DNA from: Owenia fusiformis
Taxonomy: Eukaryota
Assembly (NCBI GenBank): GCA_903813345.2
Contig: CAIIXF020000001.1
Location: 36,890,001 to 36,954,000, forward strand
DNA: 64,000 nucleotides
Reading direction: 5' to 3'
The position numbers were made by a program, and so were the translations under genes. Of the stretch, positions 38,907 to 51,143 are shown piece after piece. The stretch's first letter is position 1, and the number at the start of each line of letters is the position of its first letter. The notes under the pieces are model-generated. The model saw only the letters and a program-made list of their open reading frames with translations. It did no database searches and had not been told where the DNA came from.

Positions 38907-41900
38907 GTCTTTTTACTTCCGTTGGTGCTCCTGGCCTGTGCCGCGTGTAGCATTGACGCCTATGGAAGCGGCAGTGGAAGCGGAAGCGGTAGCTATGGTG
39001 ATGATGAGGATAGTGAGGAATCTGGAGAAATTGAAGAATCGGTTGAAGTGATCAACGAAAATGGTGAATTTTAATGAAGCGTGATAGGAATATGCGTTAG
39101 AAGAAAATGAAATTTATCTTTCAACGTTCTAAATAATATGTGCAACTGCATTCTGATAGTCCTAGCATCTTTCTGTTTCACCTGGGCTGAGAAGAAATGA
39201 GATGTCATTGTTTATCATGATGTTCATTGTTAATCATTATGCAAATCGTTCGATTCTACAGCTTTTTGTTCCAATGGTTGGGAGAGCTTTCGTGGTAAAT
39301 GCTACTACTTTGGCAGAGCTGATTTAAATTTCACAAAAGCTAGATCATTCTGCCAAGGTGTTGACTCCGACCTTGTAGTCATTGGCTCTAGATTGGAAAG
39401 CAATTACATTACGAAGAAGGTAACTGAACATAAGCTTGGATGGGCGTGGATTGGCCTAACGGATGCAGAAACTGAGGGCCAGTGGAAAACTGTTGAAGGA
39501 AATCAGCTGAAATTCAAAAGTAAGATTGAAAGTCTGAAATAAGATTGCTTTTTAAACCAGCGTAAAAAGAACAAATATGACCATAAATGTAGTTTCCCCT
39601 CCTTAACTTTTTTTTGTATACCCTGTTCACTTTTTAGTCCCCAATCCTCTAGATTAGGGTAAAAGATAAGAATGATATTGAGTTAATTGCAGATTGGCAA
39701 GATGGCTCTCCAAGTCAGTGGCGGGGTGATACGACGGATTGTGCACATATCGGTTTTATACCATATGTTCCACACGGACGAGGCGTCGACAAGTGGAAAA
39801 CTATACAATGTTCACAAGATTTGCCATTTATCTGCGAAAAAAGCGGTAACCGTTTAAAATGTTTTAATTATCTGTTTAAATGACTAAAAAGCGCATTTTC
39901 TCTGTTTTAAAAAACTTGTAAAAGTAAAAAAGACCTAAAATCTGTAAAGATTTGGTTAGGAAGGCTTTGGGAGGCGGTAACCACATACGATTCATCTATA
40001 TTGATAAAAAGGCCTTATTTAAACCTTTTTCAAATGATATTGACCTCTTCCATCAGAGTAGTTCCAACACGATAATATTACAAAATAGTGTACATTATCA
40101 TATCAAGAGAGCTAATAGGCCAGTCCCAATTTCCTATTTTCTAATTGTAAATATATAATCATTAGGTAATTATTACAATCAGAGGCATTAATTATCTACT
40201 ACTGAGTATTTATCTGTCATTAATTAGCATCCGAGTTCTCTACACTGTTCCAACAATGTAAGGTAACAGGATTAGGGGCGGAGTACATGGGCAACGAGAC
40301 CAAGACGAAATCCGGCAAGCCATGCCTAGAGTATGTATCAATAAACCAACTTATTTTCTCAATTTAATTCATGATTAGTTTGATACTTCCCCTTGTTGCC
40401 ATGATAAAAGTTAAAATTTCATCATCTGTCAATAGTTGTTATATAAGTGAGGTTAGCCATGCGTATAATCGAAACGAAAACGTATAACGTATTAACACTT
40501 GAAAATGGTTAAAACGGGAAAATGAACGGAAAAGATTTTCCCATGTTTCCTAAATGTACAGTTATGTGTGTTTCTTCAAATGTACAAAACGTACATACGA
40601 TGCCATTGGTAATCCTATAACTGGTTTTCTGATACATATTTTGAACAATCTCGTTTAATAAGATATTTGGAGTGCGTGACGTGCATCATTTTCTTCAAAA
40701 CATATTCAACTGTGAATCGAAACCAAAAATTCCGACATAGTATTAAATAAACATAAGTGTAATCATTCCCGTAGACACCTACGTGTAATTTCAAAGTTTC
40801 CATTCTAAACATGAAACGTTGAAGCTGAACAGGTACTGAAAAGGTAAAAAAGTATGCTCCTACTAGATATAGTACACATTCCTTTGATAATCAGATTTAA
40901 CTTTATTGACTTCAAGTGTCTTTCCGTTCACGTTTACGTTTTGAAAGACCGTGCAAGCTTAACCTCTCTATTGGCGTACTGTTACGGAGCCATCCAGGGT
41001 TGTGGAAGCACTAAAATAATCCGATCCTATTGTGTTGTAATATTTGACAAGGACGATTGCTTTGATATCTCGTTGTTACTTTGTTGAAGAAAATCAAATG
41101 GTGGAGGTGCATGAGTTACAACTGGTCCATATCTATGAAGATATCTATGATTTGGTAGTTGGCTATTTGGTTTTATATGACTCGCTATGGTTTATTACGC
41201 ATTTTCTTCACATTTTGTACTTTTTAAATTCATCCATGTGGTGATAGTTGGGAGAAAGCTGTTGGTTCCAATAAGGAATGGCTAAAGGCTGTTGACTGGC
41301 CCAAATGCAGAGGATGTAAAGCTGAGAAAGCCGAAACTCCAAAAGCTAAAAACTCCTGTAGAAATCCAGATTCAACAGAATTTGGACCGTGGTGTTTCAC
41401 GGATCTTAAAGGCACAAAAGAAATGTGCGATGTTCCATTCTGCGAAGGCCAAGACGAAAATATCAGTAAGTTTCGAGTCATTGTAGATAGGAACCAAGGA
41501 CGTCTATCTCGATAGGCGTCCTTGTAGGAACTATGCAGTGACCAAAAATGCGACCAACGAATGATCATAAAAACGTCAGTGACTCAAATTCACAAGTTGT
41601 AAAATTTTTAACATTTTTGTAACTAATACGAGCCATCTGATTCTCTATGGCGATAGTAGTCTCCGACATATAACATCTTGGTTCATTATGATTCATTTCA
41701 CAAACAGAGACAGTTTCTGATACGTACTCCGGCAAGGAATACACCTTCGTGCTTCCTCCTACCTTGATGACATACCGCACAGCCAGCGCCTTTTGTAACT
41801 CTCGGGGAGGAGCCAAGCTGTTGATGATTGACAACGAAGAGGAGGATATGTGGGTTGCCAAGGTGATGGTGAAGTTGGGTCAGCGTAGATCTCTAATTGG

Positions 41901-43264
41901 GATAACTGATGACCTCTGGGAGTGGGACTGGAGAACACAGGATGGCGAGGATTTTTACAGGTGGAAGGAATACCATAGTAAGATTTTCCTTTTAAAACTG
42001 TGGTGGGGATATTGAGAGGGGGGTCTATCGTAATACTAGTAATGTCTAACGTAAATGCTCGTAAAGATAGGACAGGCCTATATTGTCTATGGCACCTTTT
42101 TGGGAAAGGTGTGTCTTAGTCGTGATTAAACCATAGGCAATGAGCCATCTTTGGATCTACATTGAAATCGTGATTTCCGTGGCAATTTTATTGGAACAAA
42201 ATTCACGCTTTGCAGATTGGGGATACAGAGAACCAACTACCATCGGAGGCGAAACACAAGACTGTAATTATGTAGATGTCGATTTTCTGATCGACCCAGC
42301 AATGCTCCCCTCGGCTAAAAAACCTTATTGGGCTGACACTACTTGTAATACGCCACTCAATGTCATATGTGAAAAGCCTTTAGCTGGTAAAGGTAGGCCA
42401 ATCTTAGTTGAATTGTGTAACTCTTCCAAACAAATTAATTTCAAAGCAGACGTTCTGTATCATTTCGGTTAGTATCGGTCAAGATATTTACATTTATAGT
42501 GTATCTAATGCAGTTAATAATTTGAGAATTAGTAAAACGAAAACCATGGATCCAGAGTCGTTCAATGCTGAACTAGCCTACAACGTTTTTTTGTTTGTCT
42601 GAATTGTTCAAAAATAAGCTGAAACAAATACATGTACTTATATCCATGAAAACAAATATTGTCCGAAGAAATCATTAAAATTTTGCTAATAGCAGCTGAT
42701 AGGCAAATAATCATTTGCTCAACGAAAAATTATGTTAAAGGCCCACGTATTTTCAACGTTTTTGAGCAAAATAAAGACTTACAATTAAATTTCATAGTAT
42801 GTCGAATGTATTGATAAGAACCTTATCTTTCATTTGGCACCAACAACAGCTCAAACGGACCACATCAAAGCTTACAATAAATTATCAAAAAATATTTTCG
42901 ATCTGTCAAGCTTTGTATACCAAGTTTTTATCAATGCCATTGAAAGATGGCAGAGTTGTTTGTATTACATGATACATTCATTTTTATAGAAGTGTCGTCA
43001 TCTTTTAAATCAACAGTAATTTAAAACACGCACTTTATTTAACATGTGCATGCATGTCTAAAGATCTCTGAACTTCAAATGCTTTTTTCTATGCGATTAT
43101 TTTTTTGGTTCAATATTAAAGCAAATCAAACTTTGTGTCATATTTGAGCGAGTGTGTGAATAACATTGAATGATTATTTCTTTATTTTTTTCTTCTAAAT
43201 TAAGTATAGTGAGCCTTTAAATGATTTTTTTATTCTTATTTCAGGTAAAGAAACAAAGATCTAG
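38907..43264 (+). CDS. Secreted C-type lectin - kringle - C-type lectin protein; exons 38907-39063, 39262-39519, 39693-39845, 40228-40330, 41248-41465, 41708-41977, 42216-42386, 43245-43264 (start-codon exon unresolved)
   Basis: Signal-like VFLLPLVLLACAAC; CTLD1 CSNGWESFRGKCYYF...WIGLTDAETEGQW...DC...C...PFICEK; kringle CKVTGLGAEYMG..TKSGKPCLDW...NSCRNPD..PWCFT..EMCDVPFC; CTLD2 ...LIGITD...WGYREPT..QDC..WADTTCNTPLNVICEK. Splice phases are consistent and AATAAA lies near 43408. Confidence 0.82.
42739..43216. mobile_element. TTAA-flanked MITE (Kolobok-like)
   Basis: TTAA|AGGCCCAC...GTGAGCCT|TTAA. Confidence 0.55.
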
Positions 43265-44023
43265 AATTATGATGCATCCTCACTACTATCATCACAGATC
43301 GCACCGCAATGGTCGAACATATTTATCTATCAAAAGATGATCGTAGGAAGATGAATGTTCTTTTTGATGAACCCTGGGTGTCAGTATTCTGTACCTGTAA
43401 TGAATATGAATAAAGTAAATATTAAGCTACATCTTGTGATTTTTTGTTAAAATCCTTTTGTTTAGTGGTTGAGGCAGCCGGGATGTAATAATCATTTGTT
43501 ACTTCGGATATGTATACAATACAAATCACATTTTGGCTACAGTCTGCTAGCCATATGAGGATATGAGGCATTACGACCCTTGTCGTGCAGTACACCCGAC
43601 GCTGCTACGTAAAGAACCTTCTCGATCAAGATCAGGCCTATCTATTTATTCGATTTCCGCATTTCCGCTGATATAATGTAAGTTAAGTCTAAAAATGGTC
43701 ATCTACGATGAATTTACATTTTCCAGAACATGAATAACGGTCAACTCCCTTTCCCCTTTGGACCTGTTTATGTTTGGAAAAAACATCTTTGTCACACATT
43801 TCCGAAATAATTGTGATTGAGTGATATAAAGAGGTTATTTTATGGGAGGTTTTTGATACAGGGTATATCCGAGGGAATACAATATATCTACCCGACGGAC
43901 CGTATGGACCGAGGTAAATATATTGTGTTTACCGAGGGATATACCCTGTATCAAAAATCGAGCATTCAATAATTAGTAGATGATGAGAATTGAATGTGCA
44001 TTGAATGTTTAATATATCTGATA

Positions 44024-47000
44024 TACTCTAGGAGCTAGCAAACATTTATAAGACATCTCGAGTACAAAAGGTTTGAGGCCTGTAATTAGTAGATGTGGGT
44101 CTAACATCCCCAAAAAGGCAACTCTTAAGTGACAAATTTGGGGCTACCACCAGGGGGCACTTTTTGAAATGCCCCTAAATTTAGTTTTAAATGACATCTC
44201 GAGTACATCAATGAAACCTTTGTCAAAATGTTCCTTTGGACCCTCTGAAACATTATGAGTCCTTAAGAGTAGCCAATTTTGGGGTTTAACCCGTTTCTGA
44301 GTGAGTTAAAGGTCACCATGGATACAGCCACACACAATCAAAATGCTGTATCAGAGCCTTGTGAACTTGAATATATTTGATATTCTGATATATCCATAAA
44401 ATATGTAAGAAGACCTTTCTAACTGTCATAATACATCAATATATGACAACTGAATCCAGAGATATTGAACTTTTTTCGTCAATTTTGATCCGAAAATGTA
44501 CACTTTTAAGCCTCGTCTAATTTGTGTTTGTAGCTTCAGGCAAAATGTTACAGCTTTAACAGCTCAAAATAGTATTCCAAGAACATTTCCAAGGTTTGAA
44601 TGATATTGTAATACAATTTTTTTTAATGATGAATCACTATTTTGTAATTTAAATATGACGTTATAGTGCCCTACACCTTCAAAAAGAGGAAAGCAGGCAT
44701 AGTCAATGTAATCATTTTGCAGCATTAAGTTGGAAACATGTAGCACTAGAAAGTGAATCAATGCATCAAAAGCATCTTCATATGTTGTTTGACATTGTAA
44801 TTTATCTTTTACTAGAATATAGGACTCATACACATTTTATATAACATATATAAGTTTTCAATATAGTACATGTATTATAATAGAATACTAATGTATCATG
44901 CAATCCAGACAAAGGCATATTATAAACATTATATAACTATTAATATTTTTCATCTGAGTAACAAGATTTAAATTGTGCCCCATGTCATTTGAGGCATATA
45001 CCTTAAATGTTGAAATCTGTATGTCAATCAATGTGAACTTAACCAGTGAAGGCCGTTTCCAGTATGCTTGTGCGATCTTAATAAAAGCATTCTGCTCTTC
45101 TCTTCTCTGATGCTTTATGGCTTAATGAGGACCGGGAATGAGAACTGCAATATGGTCAGATGATGAGAACTAAGGGGCCCTCTTCAACAATTCGTTCTGT
45201 CAAATATTTTACAAATATTTAATTACTCAGATGTGAGTAGGTAGTTACCAGTTTCGCCACTAGGTGGGTAATTTGGGGAAAATAACATAGCAGGGTATTA
45301 CAAAGTTCTCGTAAACTTGAATATTCATTAGTTTTAGTGGTTCACATACAAATGTCCAGTAAAATAAAATATTATCTGCCCAACACAAGAAAAGATATTT
45401 TTGAATTTTAAATCTTTAATGTCGTAAGTCAAGATAATTTCTACTCGCATTTAGTCTATTCTATTGAGGTGAATACCTGTCTTTATTCCACCCTTAGTAG
45501 TGTTATAGGTAAATAACACGCAGGAATATAATTGATATGTGACGTGAGCGGATGATATATATATATCACCCGCTCATCTGATCTACAACATCAAAAATTC
45601 AGGGGGTAGATACTGAGCCAGGGGACTTGGCTTTTATTCCTCATAATCTCAGTTTAAAGGTGCAACAATTAGTGCAATTCAACAGTGTCAAAATATATTT
45701 AAGTTTGGATGTTTCATCAAGACTTAGTTATATTTTTATTATCTACGAAGAAACCCACCGGATGAACACTATTTGAAGTCTATTTCAGCTGATATTCCTC
45801 TTGAAACATAGTAGATCTTAAAAATCTTTAAGTGGGACTCCCTTTATAGAATCATTGAATTGAATTTACACTTCTTAATGCTGAAATTGATATATTAGTT
45901 TATCCATACATTTTACAAGAAAATAGGTATGCCAAAGAAGGTGTTAAGCCAAATGTTGACCTGATAGATCAAAAAAGTAACAAATTTCGAATTTTCTCTC
46001 TACAGGCCTTGTTGCCCCTTTAAATGCTCGATTTTTGATACAGGGTATATCCCTAGGTGAATACATTATATCAGCCCTCGGTCCCTCCTGTCCCTTGGGT
46101 AGATATATTGTATTTCCCTCAGATATACCCTGTATCAAAAACCTTCGATTCCATTAAATAACCTTTATATCTTTCACAAGTGATATTCCACGAAGCCCGA
46201 AGGGCTAATGGAATATCATCTTGTGAAAGTGCCACATTTATTCACCTCAATAGAATTAAATATTTGTTTTACTATTCACTGTTATATTCCTCACTCACAT
46301 TCCTTGAATAATAACTGATGTGTAATCAATCACAACAATGTACTCCTGGGCTATATTAAATTGAAATAATACGGGACCAAGTCTTGACTGGTGAATATCA
46401 TTTGATATTTGATGCTAGTCTTGGACTTCCGTTGATTTCGCCTATTATTTCCAGTACATGGACCAATCAGAGAGTGAAGAATCTGACAGTGAAATAATAA
46501 AATACAAATACTTAATTCTATTGAGGTGAATATTTGTACCTCTTTCACAAATAATATTCCAGAAATCCCGAAGGGCTAGTGGAATATCATCTTGTAAAAG
46601 TGTCACAGGTATTCACTGAAAATAGAATTACATATTTTTTTATTATTCACTAATATATTCCTCACTTACATTAATGGAACAACAAACTATTGATGTCTGA
46701 TTAACCATAACAATGTACTCCCAGGACTACATTAACTTGAACAAAGTCGATCGTGACTAGTGAATATCATTTGATATTTAACGGATGTCACATGACTTCC
46801 TTTGAATATCGCTTGTTATTTTTAGTCACGTGTGGGACATGGACTTATCAGAGAGTGAGGAATATGTTCTTTTTTCGTCATGTATATTACATAGACAAAT
46901 CAGAGTGAGGATGTCTAAAAAAAACATTGTTATAATTATAATATTTAGACTGCATGATTACATAATATTTCACTGATTTCATTTTAAGAGAGGCACTATA

Positions 47001-47830
47001 TCAACAACTTACATATAAAATGTGAAGAATCCAATATTCTAGTAAGACATAAATTACAATGTAAAGCAACATATGAAGATGCTTTGGATGCATTGATTCA
47101 CTTTCTAGTGCTACATGTTTCCAACTTAATGCTGCAAAATGATTACATTGACTATGCCTGCTTTCCTCTATTTTGAAGGGGTAGGGCACTACAACGTCAT
47201 ATTTAAATTACAAAATAGTGATTCAGCATTATATAGTTGTATTACAATATTACACAAACCTTGGAAATGTTCTAGGAATACTATTTTGAGCTGTTTAAGC
47301 TGTCACCTTTTGCCTGAAGCTACGAATGCAAATTAGACGAGACTTAAAAATGTTCATTTTCAGATCAAAATTGACGAAAAAAGTTCAATATCTCTGGATT
47401 CAGTTGTCATATATTGATGTATTATAACTTGTTAGAAAGGTCTTCTTACATATTTTATGGATATATCAGAATATCAAATTTATTCAACTTCACATGGCTC
47501 TGATACAGCATTTTGATTGTGTGTGGCTGTATCCATGGTGACCTTTAACTCACTCAGAAATGGGTTAAACCCCAAAATTGGCAACTCTTAAGGACTCCTA
47601 ATGTTTCAGAGGGTCCAAAGGAACATTTTGACAAAGGTTTCATTGATGTACTCGAGATGTCATTTAAAACTAAATTTAGGGGCATTTCAAAAAGCGCCCC
47701 CTGGTGGTAGCCCCAAATTTGTCACTTAAGAGTTGCCTTTTTGGGGATGCTAGACCCACATCTACTAATTACAGGCCTCAAACCTTTTGTACTCGAGATG
47801 TCTTATAAATGTTTGCTAGCTCCTAGAGTA
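44024..47830. mobile_element. 3.8-kb foldback element with TIRs of about 820 bp or more and a non-coding interior
   Basis: 44024-44840 is a near-exact reverse complement of about 47010-47830 (TACTCTAGGAGCTAGCAAAC...GTTTGCTAGCTCCTAGAGTA); flanked by ATA on both sides. Confidence 0.9.
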
Positions 47831-48085
47831 ATATGATTATGTGAGAAATATATCTCCCGCTCACCTCAGCGGGAGATATATATATCACTCGCTCACCTCA
47901 GATATCGATTATATTCCTGCATGTTATTTACCTATAACACTACTAAGTATGGGATAAATCCGAATACAAACGTGAACATAATTTTAATACGCTATCCAAT
48001 GGGACGTGATCGGGTAACCGAACGTTTGGAGTTTGAATATGATTGTCAATTTATAATGTTTTTACGACCGCATCGATTGTAATTT

Positions 48086-49966
48086 CTACACTAACGTCCC
48101 TATTGTTGGATCTTCATTCGTACCGCTATCCAAAGCTTTGCTCCTCAGATAAACACTTCTAGTTATTATACTATCCAAAGATTCGTTCCAAGGTATAACG
48201 TACATGACGTTGTCAGGGTTTTGTTCTAGAATAGCTTTACCCTGGTGTCTTCTCATACACAAACAGTAGGAAAAGCAGGATGCAATAACGATGACACAAA
48301 TGCATATTGCAACTGTAATTGCTACGACAATCCCCAATAATTCAAGGAAATTATCATTTCTTTCGGAAATGCCAAAATCAGATTCGATTGACACTCCAGT
48401 TGCGTTTTCTTCAACATCAATCGCGTCCATAGCTGTATCAGTTGGGATTGTATCTACTTGCTTGGTTGTTCGTACAGTGTTAAAATAACTTTCCGAAACG
48501 TTTACATTCTCTGTGATTACATCCTCTGCTGATTCTGTAATCACGGGTATGAATATCCCAGTAGTTAACTCCATCTCACCACTAGACTCTTCGAAACCAT
48601 GTTCCTCCACACCTTTTGTAGATACTCTAATCTGCGATGTTGTCGAGTCATCTCTATAAGGTGAAACTGGTGAATGATCATTGAAAGTGACGTGAGTAGC
48701 CGGGACATCAGTATTGCCTACACGGTCGCGATTTACAGTTGTTTTCATTGCTGTTACCGCTGTTGTTGATATCGCAGATGTTGTCATATCAGATGGCTTT
48801 ACTTTTGGTCGTGTATTAGCAGTCTCCTTTGTGATCTTTTCTTCAATGGTATGATAAGTTGTATACAGTACATGGATCGGTTTGCTACCTATTGTTGTCG
48901 TTCTTGTCATGGAGTACGTTTGTATTGTAGGTGTCGTCCCATCAAACGCATTCGTATTTGGTTGTGTGATATCAGACTCTGTTTGTAGTTCTTCTTCAAT
49001 GAAACTCGTACTTTGTTCTATAGTAGTGGTCTCGTTAAATCTTTTCATTCTCATCCAACTCTTTGTGGTCAATTCATTATCACCAGTTTGTCTGTTTGGG
49101 CTGTACCGTCTAAGTGTCGTCCCATTCCAACCAGAAGGACCAGTACAGTACATAGGCCCGATGAATAAAGTGGAACGTTTTTGTATGATCTCCTTCAATT
49201 CCATGATACGTTCATCACACTGAAAAGTGTTGTAAATTATGTTGATCAAAGAAATATTGGTGAATCGTTGAATGACTTTTGCTGGGAACGTTGTAAATCG
49301 GTTGTGACTGAAATCTAACTTTGTTATCCCCTTTGGCAAGTAGTTTACTTCTCTTGGCAGTTGAGATAGCTTACAGTGAGAACAATTGAATAATCCAAGT
49401 TTTAGCGGGATATGAAAGTCCAGTATGGCTAATGGATTGTGACTGAGGTTTAACTCAATCAGTTTTCTCAATTTTTTGAAAGTCGTCTTCCCAATTTTCG
49501 ATATCTCATTATTACTGACTTCAAGTCTAGTAACGTATTTTGAATTAGCAAAAATATTAGACTTGAGTTCAACAAGATGATTATAACTCAGATCCAAAAT
49601 CGTTAACTTCCTCAATGGATAAAAAGTCCGATCCTCGATTATTTTGATTTCATTATGTGAAAGTATGACCATTTCCAAGGACTTTACGGGCCGGAAAGTG
49701 TTATATGCTATAGATTCGATATTATTGAATGATAAGTCCAACAGTAGAAGACCAGATGGCATATTGGGGGATTTGGTCAACTCCGTGATGTTGTTGTAGT
49801 TGATCTCGAGGCTGGAAAGATTCATCGGCAGATTGTTCGGAACTGCAGTCAAACTATTGTTCAAACATGTTGCTACGGTAGATGTGCACTGACATGTTGC
49901 ATTGCACGGGTTCCCGTACGTGACATCATATAGATGCAGCAATAAAATCACAGTTATCCACATCAT
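48086..49966 (-). CDS. Single-exon type I membrane LRR protein (LRRNT-LRRs-LRRCT, Thr-rich stalk, TM, short tail)
   Basis: First ATG (MMWITVILLL) at 49966; PCNATCQCTSTVATC cap; repeated LxxLDLSxNxL; NTFQCD...MYCTGP; about 250-aa S/T-rich region; TM LLGIVVAITVAICICVIVIA; TATA-like stretch near 50040-50058. Confidence 0.88.
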   Translation of the reverse strand: MMWITVILLLHLYDVTYGNPCNATCQCTSTVATCLNNSLTAVPNNLPMNLSSLEINYNNITELTKSPNMPSGLLLLDLSFNNIESIAYNTFRPVKSLEMVILSHNEIKIIEDRTFYPLRKLTILDLSYNHLVELKSNIFANSKYVTRLEVSNNEISKIGKTTFKKLRKLIELNLSHNPLAILDFHIPLKLGLFNCSHCKLSQLPREVNYLPKGITKLDFSHNRFTTFPAKVIQRFTNISLINIIYNTFQCDERIMELKEIIQKRSTLFIGPMYCTGPSGWNGTTLRRYSPNRQTGDNELTTKSWMRMKRFNETTTIEQSTSFIEEELQTESDITQPNTNAFDGTTPTIQTYSMTRTTTIGSKPIHVLYTTYHTIEEKITKETANTRPKVKPSDMTTSAISTTAVTAMKTTVNRDRVGNTDVPATHVTFNDHSPVSPYRDDSTTSQIRVSTKGVEEHGFEESSGEMELTTGIFIPVITESAEDVITENVNVSESYFNTVRTTKQVDTIPTDTAMDAIDVEENATGVSIESDFGISERNDNFLELLGIVVAITVAICICVIVIASCFSYCLCMRRHQGKAILEQNPDNVMYVIPWNESLDSIITRSVYLRSKALDSGTNEDPTIGTLV

Positions 49967-51143
49967 CAGTGATCTTGCAACATTCAATAGCACTTATTGA
50001 TTCATAAGTACGTTTTTCACAATTTTGAATAATTTTCTTCTATATACTCTTATATATAGCTTTCACATTTCCACTTATGAATCGTACATTGAGCGCGTAT
50101 AGATAAGTTCATTTCTTGGAAAGTAACAAGGGAAATTATCTCTCAATGTGGGTGTTACTCCATCTGTGATAATCCACACTAATAGATTTCTTCCTGGTGC
50201 AGGCACTTTCAAATAAGAACAACAAACCACTGATACTGTATAGTGCTCCCATCCAATAATATTCTCAATGCAGGAAGAGAATACCATTTGCAAGAGATCC
50301 ATTTCATCTACACTCTTTAATAGACTAGATCCAAGTAAAAAAATCTTAATTTACGTCATTAAAAATTCAAAATTCAGTCAAAGTGAATCTAGAATGTTGT
50401 TTTAAAAAGTGTCTATTAGTTTAGAGAATATAATTTTTTTTGAAACTGTGACTTCTATGACTTCATGATGTAAAATCACAAAAAGTGAAATTAAATATCT
50501 TTTCTTATATTGGACAGATATTATTTTCTTTTACTGGACATATTCTCATTTATATGACAATAACGTAAGGGTAACATGAAAGTTGAACCGCTAAAACTGA
50601 TGAATATTCAAGTTTCAGGGAACTTTCTAATACCTTGCCATTTATCTGATCCGAATTAGTCACGCTACTCGCATCCAGGTAATTACAATATATTCTTTGA
50701 TCCATCTTTTCAGAATATGAAGAAACCCACGATCGGTTTGCATTAGGTGAAAGATACATTTAGGTGAGATACATTTGAGATCATTGAGATCCCAACACTA
50801 TTGAAAACTGTGAAACCATTTATAATAGTCAGAGGGTAGTGTAGTTAACTGATGGGGATTCAGGGTATGCCAAGAGGATTGAGACTTTCTGAGGGAATTA
50901 TTCAATTAAGCTATATTAATTGCCTGGAGTTAGTTTTGATAAGAATATGTTGAGAGCTGAGATTCTGGAGGAGATATAGCCTATCTGCATCCTTCAGGAG
51001 TTTATTTGCCAACAGATATGGAAACACTTAGGCGTTTTGAACCACTGTGTTTTGATAGTGTATTCTATAGCCTACAGCACAGCATTGTGTATGAAATGGG
51101 AGTCTGTAAATCACACATCACTCCAATGTCCATGACCTTTCAG

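Noticed and set aside
40444..40972. Possible TIR element in the intron splitting the kringle
   Set aside because: Only weak terminal similarity (gaggttagc / gcttaacctc) and no clear TSD.
41960..41961. Donor AG|GTGGAA for the CTLD2 first exon
   Set aside because: It gives the wrong phase; the GTAAG donor after 41977 restores the frame.
44564..47336. Two similar ORFs (44564-44833 minus, 47139-47336 plus) as paralogous genes
   Set aside because: They are the two arms of the same inverted repeat and show no transposase or other motif.
48086..49993. True VLR or Toll-like receptor
   Set aside because: No flanking LRR cassettes for assembly and no TIR domain; the similarity is architectural only.
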